Shown piece by piece: positions 45,481 through 53,388 of a stretch of 53,388 nucleotides of DNA (position 1 is the first letter of the stretch; every line of letters begins with the position of its first letter). The translations under genes and the position numbers were made by a program. The notes under the pieces are model-generated. The model was not told the DNA's origin. It saw only the letters and a program-made list of their open reading frames with translations, and ran no database searches. Source of the stretch: Prorocentrum cordatum (lineage: Eukaryota); the NCBI GenBank assembly GCA_963575745.1, contig CAUYUJ010000320.1, positions 62,001 through 115,388 on the forward strand, read 5' to 3'.

Positions 45481-46789
45481 CGGAAAATTGGCCGTTTCGC
45501 TCGGGACGTCCTCAAAAAATCGGCTCCGGAGGGGACTCCGAAGCAGCATTATCTTGGAATCGCTCCCGGAGGGCCTCCAAACGGCCCAAGAAAGCCCCCG
45601 AAGGCCCCCCAGAGGACCCCCAGAGCGCCCCAAGAGACCCCCAAGAGGCCCCCAAGGGGCGGCCAGAGGCCCGCCAGAGCGCCCAAAACGCCCCAAGAGA
45701 CCCCCAAGAAGCCCCCCAGGGGCTCCAAAGAGGCGGCCAGAAGTCCCCCAGAACGCGCGAAAAGGCTCCAGGAGTTCCCTGAGAGCTTCATATCGCCCCA
45801 TAGAGCCCCCGAAGGCCCCCCCCGGGACTCCCCCAAGAGGCCCCCGAGAGGCCAGAGGCTACGACAGCCCCAAGAGCGTCCAAGATACCTCCAAGACGGC
45901 GCCGAAGCCAGGAAACGCAACAGGGATGTTCTCTGACGTTCTCGCCAATACGGTCTCTGACGCACGTGGTGGATAAAAAACTGCGCTTCCCGTTCTTGTC
46001 CGGTCAGGTTCTTCGAGATTCCCTGGGGATTCCCAATCACATCCCCTTGGGACCCCCTACAGAGATTCCTAGGGATTCCCCAGAGATTCCCTAGGGATTC
46101 CTGTAAGGAGTCCTTGGGGACCTCCCCGCCCGAGGCCTCGATCCTCCTCGGGCGGGCCCCGCGGGCAGGGCGCCCCACAGCACGTCGCGCCGCAGGAGGC
46201 CGGGGGGCGGGGGCGAGGATGGGGAGGGAGGGAGGGAGGGAGGGAGGGAGGAGGGGGAGGGAGGGAGGGAGGGAGGGAGGGAGGAGGGAGGGAGGGAGGG
46301 AGGAGGGGGTGGAGGGAGGGAGAGAGGAGGGTGAGGAGGACCTTGACCCCGACCTTGGACCACCCTTAGCGCCACCCTGGTCTGATTTGGCCGTGCACTA
46401 TCCCCAGTCGTGCTACATGATATGCTGACGCTGGTGCAGCCATGCTGTGCACACTATTGCACGATGTACGGTCATGATATGTACAGCCATGCTATGTACA
46501 GCGGCGCTATGATCACGAATGCGCCATGTACAGCCACGCTATGTAGACCACTATGTAGACGCTATGTAGACCACTATGTACACTCTTGCACTCTGTACAG
46601 TCACGCACTATGTGCAGTCATGCAGCACTATGTGCAGTCTGACTTGGCCGCGCACGATGTACAGTCATGATCCGTCGACAATGCGCTGGTCACTTGTCTA
46701 AGGATCTGGCACGGTGAGCCTGATCCGGCGGGTTGCATCGAAAACTGGGCCTCGAGGCGACGAGGCGCTGCCCCTCGGGACCGCCAGGT

Positions 46790-46836
46790 AGAGGAGGACG
46801 GGGAGGATGAGGAGGAGGGGGGGGGAGGAGGAGGAT

Positions 46837-46867
<31 letters not shown>

Positions 46868-47035
46868 GAGGAGGAGGAGGACGAGGAGGAGGAGGAGGAG
46901 GAGGAGGAGGAGGAGGAGGAGGAGGAGGAGCACGAGGAGGAAGAGCACGAGGAGGAGGAGGAGGAGGAGGAGGAGGAGGAGAAGGAGAGAGAGGCGAATG
47001 AGGAGGAGGAGGAGGAGCAGGAGGAGGATGAGGGG
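46790..47035. repeat. (GGA)n microsatellite (one of many: 4650, 7060, 19250, 20000, 21660, 26960, 32720, 52510)
   Basis: Direct inspection. Confidence 0.95.
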
Positions 47036-47079
47036 CAGGAACGCACGTCGCCAGGAGAGGGGGCAGTCTGGCGCGAAGC

Positions 47080-50000
47080 TTCAGCCAACAGCGACAATCG
47101 CGGCGTGCTTCGCACGCGCTGTAGAATTATAGCTACCTTCGAGGCAGGGTTGCTGCTGAAGCTCAGCGCGGTACTTGTGACAGATATGGAAGAACACTGC
47201 GGCTAAATAATTCGCATTCTTATGGGAGATGGTGTCGGACTCCCTGGCTGCATTGTAATCCGAAGCGGGGCCAAACCCTAGACGTATTATCGGGTCACCA
47301 GGAATGATAGCACGACGAAGGGCGAGAAGGTGGGCGAGACGGGGACGCAACAGATAATGGCTTATAGAGTCAGGGGCCGGCACCTCACGGCCGCGGCAGG
47401 TCGTGAGCGCAGCCGGAGTAAGACTCCCCAGCCCGGGCGGACGTGACCCAGGCCCCGGAGAGCTTTCTTAAATGGGCCCAGGTTTGTGAAGGTGTCGCCT
47501 TCCTAAGAACATCACGAAGGCTAGCCTGCCGTTCCTCGAGCTCTGGCCGTCTGATGGGGGGTCGATCGAGAAACCACTTGCCAAATCGCCTCTCCAGAAG
47601 ATCAGTGATGACATCGGGAAAGAGGGAGGAGCAGAGGGGGCGGAGGAAGACCGTCTGAAGCCGTGGTCTAGTCTTCCTGGAGCTGCGGCGAATGCCGTGA
47701 CTTTCGGAAACGTTTTGAAAAGTCCGGGAAAGTTACCTCTCCCTCTCCGGTGGCCGCCCCAGCGCCCTGCAAGGAATACCAATCGCGGCTGCCTTGGCCC
47801 GCGCGAGCGCTTCCTTCGGAATCGCAATTCGGGTAGGCAGGCTGTCAAACGAAGCGTAGTTTTCAGCGATGCTCTGACGCCGAATCCAAAGCCGGGGTGA
47901 CCACTTGTTGCTGATAAAATACGCGAGGAATCCGCGGGCATGAGCCGCCTCTCGAAGCCGCTCCCGACAAACGCTCCACCCCCCGAGCGCGCACTGGCTG
48001 GCTCTTCACGCGGCGGCAAGGCACGACAGACTCAGAGGGACAAGAGCAGCGCTGGGCAGCCAACGCCCAGTGCCCATCAACTCGGCAACCCAGAACGAGT
48101 TAGGCGGCACCCTCAGCAGCTCGTGGAGTGCCAGCCCCTCCTTGAACAAAAGCTTGGGGCCAGGAGGGAAAAGCTGCGCAACGTGAGAGAGGCAGGGGGG
48201 AATGACCGCGAGATACAGACGCAGCGCAGCCTTTGAAAGAAACCTTCATCAAGTGCACTTCCTGGCATCTGCCCCGCCATTCTGTCCAGGGCCCTTCCAC
48301 TGGGTGGGGGGGTCCTCCGAGGGCCCGAGCACGACTGCGAGGTATCTGGCGGATCCCTCGACGTTGATGCCCCCCCCCCCCCCATCCTAGCGCATGCGCA
48401 GCGAGGGCGGCGCGAGCCCGCTCGCGAACGTGCTCATCGCAGTCCGCCCAGAGGGGGACGAAGCGACACTTCTGCGGCTGCAGCTCGAGGCCCAAGCGCT
48501 TCGGCCCTCTGGATGGCACGGCGAAGATGGGGCGCGCTGCGACTGCCCATGGCGACGGCTCCAACGTCGACGGCGCAACCTCCAAGGGCCCCCTCGTCTT
48601 CCGTCGGGAAAGCCTCGCGCGAGAATCGAACCCGCCGATCGAACCCCAACGCCCAAAGACTCCCAGACAGAGGGCGCCCACGGGGAACGCCTGACGCGAT
48701 GGGGAAAAGAGGCGCTGGTATTTCTCCGACACGCGCATGTCCCATGCAAGCCCGTCGAGCGACGACGCGGAGGAGGTATGGGGGGGCGACGTGGCCGACA
48801 GCGCGACGAGGGAAGAGTTGGGGCACGCTCGGGAGGGCAGCCTTTCCATCAAAACTTACAAACCCAGGGGGGCCTCGTGCCCGCGCCGGGAAGGAGGCCC
48901 GCGCGCCCGGTTTCGGAGTCGAGCGCGACGTCGCGTTTACCGGAACGCCTTCCGCGGGCGAAGACTTTTTTGGAGCCCCGCGGGCATCCCTGACAACGAC
49001 TCAGAACATATGAAAGTTGAGAGAAGCAGCAACCGCTTTGCTGTCAGAGTTCTTCAAAGCCAGCGGGCGGGCGCGCCCGGGGGCCCGATCGCATTCAATC
49101 CGATCGGCGGCCTCCTCTCCTTTCGGGAGAAAGGCAAGAAGACAAGAATTAAAATGCTCGGGCGGATGGTGGCCAACCGCCATCTGACACAGAACGCCAT
49201 GCAAGACTTCCGCGGGAAGTGGGCGCCCCCGCCACGCTCGCGCAGGGGGCCCGTCGGGCCCCGGCGCGGGCTCGCGAGCCCGCCGGAAGGCGAGGCGGAG
49301 ATCGCCGAGCTAGGGGGGAGTTATCAAGCTGTGGCGTGCACTGATCAAGAAATTGGCCGATCAGCTGATCCTGAACAGGCGACTCAGTGAATGCCGGCCG
49401 CCATTTTTTTCTCTTCAGCAATCAGAGGCCCGCGCTCTCTCGCGACAGCCTCCGCGTCTTCGCCTTGCCCCGCGGGCTGCGCGTGGCGCATTGCTGACAG
49501 CGACGGAGCGCGCTTCGCAGGGTCCCACAGCAGCGCCTCCTTGATCAAGACATCCGCTGCTCGCCGAAGGAGGGCGGTGGACCGACTGGCGGGGGTCGCC
49601 GCGGCTTCGCGCGCAACGGGCCGCGCCTGCGCCGCCCGCGCCTGCGCGCGGAACTCGCTGGGCCTCTTCAGGTAGACGGCGCCGTCACTGAGCCGAGCTC
49701 CGTCGCGCCGATAGGGGCGTCATCGATGGGCCTCAAAGCGAGCCAGGCGTCTTGGCGCCAGCCAGCTCTCGCGACCGAGTTGAGCGTCAGCAGCCGCGCC
49801 CGCGTAGCTGGGCGCGCCGCGACCTGCCGCGAGCTGCCGTTGTCGCTCACCAGCACTTATGGCTGAAGTTCGTTGCGAGCGAGCTCCGCAGCTGACGTCG
49901 TCATGTCCATGGCGATCTGCCACTGCTCGTAGATCGGTTTGAACTCAATGCGACAGCCGCCGAGACAATTTGCCGAGATCTTCTTGTACTCGTGGCTTCT

Positions 50001-51330
50001 GAAGGTGAAGGCGGGGATCTTCCGCTCGCGCTTGGGCTCGCCATTCCGCGTCTGCCGCCGCAGGGGGAGGATTGCGCGGTCACTGAGCTTCTGCGCGTCC
50101 ATCGAGACAGCGTCGCTCCCCGCCTGGAGGTCGCACTCGGTCTCCACCGCGAAAGACGACGAGAGGGGCGCGAAGATCCTGTCGATCGCACGCAACGCGC
50201 CAGCGTCCTTCGCGAAGTGGGCGGGAAGCGGCGAGCACGCCTCCAGGATGTGAGAACCCCTGATGTTGTCCCACCAAGCGGCTCAGACCGATTAGCGCGC
50301 CCTGCGTCTGACCGCTGGGCCTGCCGCGGCTGCGGACGCAGGAGGGGCCCGCGGGCGCATCAGTCATGTCGAGGCCGCCAGCTGCCGCGAAAGTCCGTTT
50401 CACGGGATCCTTCTGGGCCCACTGCGCTGCTTCCTGCCATGCCGGCCGGATGCGTTCCTTCCCATATTCGCTGATGTCGAAGTCGTGGATGTTCATGAAC
50501 TTCATTGCGCACTGAGCGCGCGGGTCGGCGATCGTCGTGATGACGGCGCGGACGCGCTCCAGCGCCCGATGTTGGATCGTGGGGAGAACCGCGCGGCCCG
50601 CGGTTGTAATGGCGCGCTGGTCGTGCCATGGGGTCAGTATGGCAACCCCTCCGGCCCCGGGCCATTCTGGACAGTAGAACGGTGCATATTGTAGTGGGTG
50701 TTGTATTGGTTGGTAGTTTTCGATCGTCTCGGCATGACCGTGGACCTCCTGAACCATCGCGCTGGAGCGCTGGCGAAGATGCTCCACGACCACGTTGACC
50801 TTCCGTCTTCTTCGGGCGGCGAAACTGTGGAGAAGTAGCCCGTGAGCGCTCCACGCGACGACCGCGAGTCCCCGAGCGGCATTGCTGAGCTCCCACCACG
50901 GGACCCACCTTTGGCTAGGTGCAGGTCCAGCCCGTGGTGTCGACCTCCCGCCACAGATCGTGGAACCTGCTGGTGATGGTCTGCCAGGCGATGCCGAGGC
51001 GGGTCGCGAGAGGCACGTCCCATGCCAGCTGCAAGGCTTCATCGGGGCCGCGCACTTGTACTCCAACGATCGGCCCCGAACCGACGTTGACGAGGCCCTC
51101 CTGCCGGCGCGCCCAGCAGTCCTGGTCGGGCGCCGCAGCCTCAATGAGGCCCAGGAGCATCTGCGTCTGGACCTCCCTCCTGATTTCCTTCCCGTTCTTA
51201 TCGGCATTGACGTACATAGTGACGAGGTGGCCGCTGACCGCCTGCACGTCGAACCTGCGCCATGTGCCGCCTGGGAGTATGAGCGCAGCCAGTAGCGCTC
51301 CCGCCCGTGCGACACCAGCGACACCTCCAT
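47080..51330 (-). mobile_element. Near-full-length decayed LINE (ORF1 remnant, APE endonuclease, RT, C-terminal zinc-finger-like region)
   Basis: Endonuclease motifs: VAWSAHGLL, VQEVH, AGGVAI, NIHDF, AIDRIF, LSDRAI. RT motifs: FLPKG…RPLALKNSDSK, SGVPRGRPLSGSLW, CAVDVG, LQPQKC. C-terminal PDSISHYLL. Many frameshifts; the 3' end abuts a (GGA)n tract. Confidence 0.88.
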
Positions 51331-51339
51331 GGCGGCTGC

Positions 51340-51790
51340 AACGCGCAAGGCAAAAAAAAACTTTACAGGTAAAAACGTTTTTTTTTGCCTGTGGCGCTTT
51401 TTTTTTTGCCTTGCGCGTCGGGTCCCCGGGGCACTGGCCGGGGCGCGCGCGCCGGGCGGGGGGGTGCTCCTCCGCTTCCCTCGGCCTGGCTCACATAAGG
51501 AATCGCGACCAGGGTTTTTGCCTGTGGCGCTCCTGGGGCCCAAAGAAGGAATCGCGACCTGGGTTTTTGCCTGTGGCGCTTTTTTTTTGCCTTGCGCGTC
51601 GGGCCTCCCGGTCTTGCCGAGAGCGCGCGCGTGTAGAGGAAGTGCTCCCCTGCTCTCCTCCGCGTCAGTGGCGCTCCTGAAGCCCAAAAAAGGAATCGTG
51701 ACCTGGGTTTTTGCCTATGGCGTTCTGGGGCCCAAAGAAGGAATCGTGACCTGGGTTTTTGGCCTGTGGCGTTTTACTTTCGCCTGCGCG
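51340..51790. repeat. Modular tandem repeat (AGGAATCGYGACCTGGGTTTTTGCCTGTGGCG)
   Basis: Four or five degenerate units upstream of the LINE. Confidence 0.75.
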
Positions 51791-52714
51791 CTCGGGCCGG
51801 GCGGACGGAGGTGCCATGCGGACGCAGCCACTGGAGCCTTCGGTGGAGCTTCATATGGGGCTACGACCCGTGTGAGGGGTGTGAGGAGATATGGTCGGGC
51901 ATGCGGTGAAAGTGCTGACGATGACGGGAGGGGGGAGGAGGAGGAGGAGGAGGAGAGGAGGAGGAACGCGGGGGACTGAACGCTGGAGGCCGATGCGAAG
52001 TACTAGAGATGAGGAGGTGTATTAGGAGAGGGACGACGACAAAGAGGACGAGAAGGAAGAGAAGGAGGAGGAGCAAGAGGGGGGACGCAGGAGGAGGAGG
52101 CAGAGGAGAAGGAGGCACAGAACGAGGACGAAGAGGAGGCAGGAAAATCAGCTGCGTGAGCTGATTCTCTATCCTATCCTTTGCTATCCCCCCCTTTCGT
52201 TCCCCCCGACCGTGGGCGGTCAGGAGTGCCCCGAGGGCGCTAGAGTTCAGTCGGGCCTGTCCCTCTACAGGGGGGATATCCAGGAATAGTAAAAAAACTT
52301 TGGAGACGATCCAGGAGAATCCACGAATACCCAGGAATTGTTTTTCGTTGCCCCCCGACGGCAGCTGCCTCCCCGAGCGTGGCGAGAAGGCTCGGGGCGC
52401 CCGCCCCCCGCGCACGGGCCCCCCACGGCTCACGAGGGGCGCCCGCGAGTCGAGGCGCGGGGGCGCCACCGTGGGTTGTAACAACACCCATCCGAGCACA
52501 CGAGAATGAGAGGAGGCGGAGGAGGAGGAGGAGGAGGAGGAGGCGGAAGAGGAGGACGAGGAGGAGGAGGAAGGGGATGATGATGAGGATGAGGAGGAGG
52601 AGGAGGAGGAGGAGGAGGGGAAGGGGGAGGAGGGGCAGTGATGCAACACCACGGGCAGTGGTGCCGTACAGCGGCATTCCAGGCTTCTGCTGGGCGGGCA
52701 GGAACATACGTACA

Positions 52715-53388
52715 GCGGGTCGGGTCGGGCGGGCGGGACACTAAAGTCGGATGCGTATACAGCATGACACATGAGAACCCTAACGGCCGGAACGGGACGG
52801 GCGGACCCTATCGGGCGGGTCGGGCGGGCGGACCCTAACGGGCGGGTCGGGTCGGGCGGGCGGGACACTAAAGGCTGATGCGCATACAGCAAGACACATG
52901 AGAACCCTAACGGGCGGGGCGGGACGGGCGGGACGGGCGGACCCTATCGGGCGGGTCGGGCGGGCGGGCCCTAACGGGCGGGTCGGGTCGGGCGGGTGGG
53001 ACACTAAAGTCGGATGCGTATACTGCATGACATATAAGAACTCTCACGGGCGGAGCGGGACGGGGCAGACCCTAGCAGGCGGGTCGGGCGGGCGGACCCT
53101 AACGGGCGGCTGGGGACAGGCGGGCGGGACACTAAAGTCTGATACATATACGGCATGACGCATGAGAACCCTAACGGCCCGGGCGGGACGGGCGGACCCT
53201 ATCGGGCGGGTCGGGCGGGCGGACCCTAACAGGCGGGTCGGGTCGGGCGGGCGGGACACTAAAGTCTGATGCGCATACAGCGTGACACATGAGAACCCTA
53301 ACGGGCGGGACGGGACGGGCGGACCCTATCGGGCGGGTCGGGCGGGCGGACCCTAACGGGCGGGTCGGGTCGGGCGGGCGGGACACTA
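52715..53388. repeat. Tandem satellite of about 127-135 bp running off the window end
   Basis: GGGACACTAAAG…GAGAACCCTAACGG recurs about every 130 bp (5-6 units). Confidence 0.92.

Larger units (their letters stand above)
34451..46008 (+). mobile_element. Self-nested non-autonomous rolling-circle-like (Helitron2/Helentron-like) complex carrying satellite
   Basis: Seven left ends TGACGGGAAGCG, each preceded by A, and four right ends CGCTTCCCGTTCTTGTCCGGTCAGG, each followed by T. No TSD; asymmetric inverted repeat ACGGGAAGCG/CGCTTCCCGT. Confidence 0.55.

Noticed and set aside
52770..53388. Telomere
   Set aside because: The CCCTAA motifs are isolated, not tandem (CCCTAAA)n.
1..53388. rRNA, tRNA or an intact autonomous transposase/RepHel gene
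   Set aside because: None recognisable by eye; all RT and endonuclease coding remnants are frameshifted.

Overview
This is GC-rich, extremely repeat-dense eukaryotic DNA, almost certainly from a dinoflagellate. Two things support that: a near-perfect dinoflagellate spliced leader followed by a relict copy at 16946-16982, and mostly GC/GA splice donors. Most ORF-track entries are artefacts of GC content and microsatellites. One host gene can be rebuilt by hand: a minus-strand, intron-rich formin (Gly/Lys/Pro FH1-like region plus FH2 domain, about 7250-19172). Several of its introns are MITE-like elements whose target-site duplications (TSDs) supply the splice sites (Introner-like). One insertion of the same family interrupts an FH2 exon and has no usable AG in its TSD. 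The window also holds an intronless plus-strand WW-domain ORF, four decayed non-LTR retrotransposons and a probable LTR gag-protease remnant. There are many short DNA-transposon families with 5-bp, 8-bp or TA TSDs. An 11.5-kb self-nested element complex (34451-46008) inserts between A and T with no TSD, has asymmetric terminal inverted repeats and carries a 20-bp satellite, which suggests a Helitron2/Helentron-like element. All exon models are manual predictions without transcript support.
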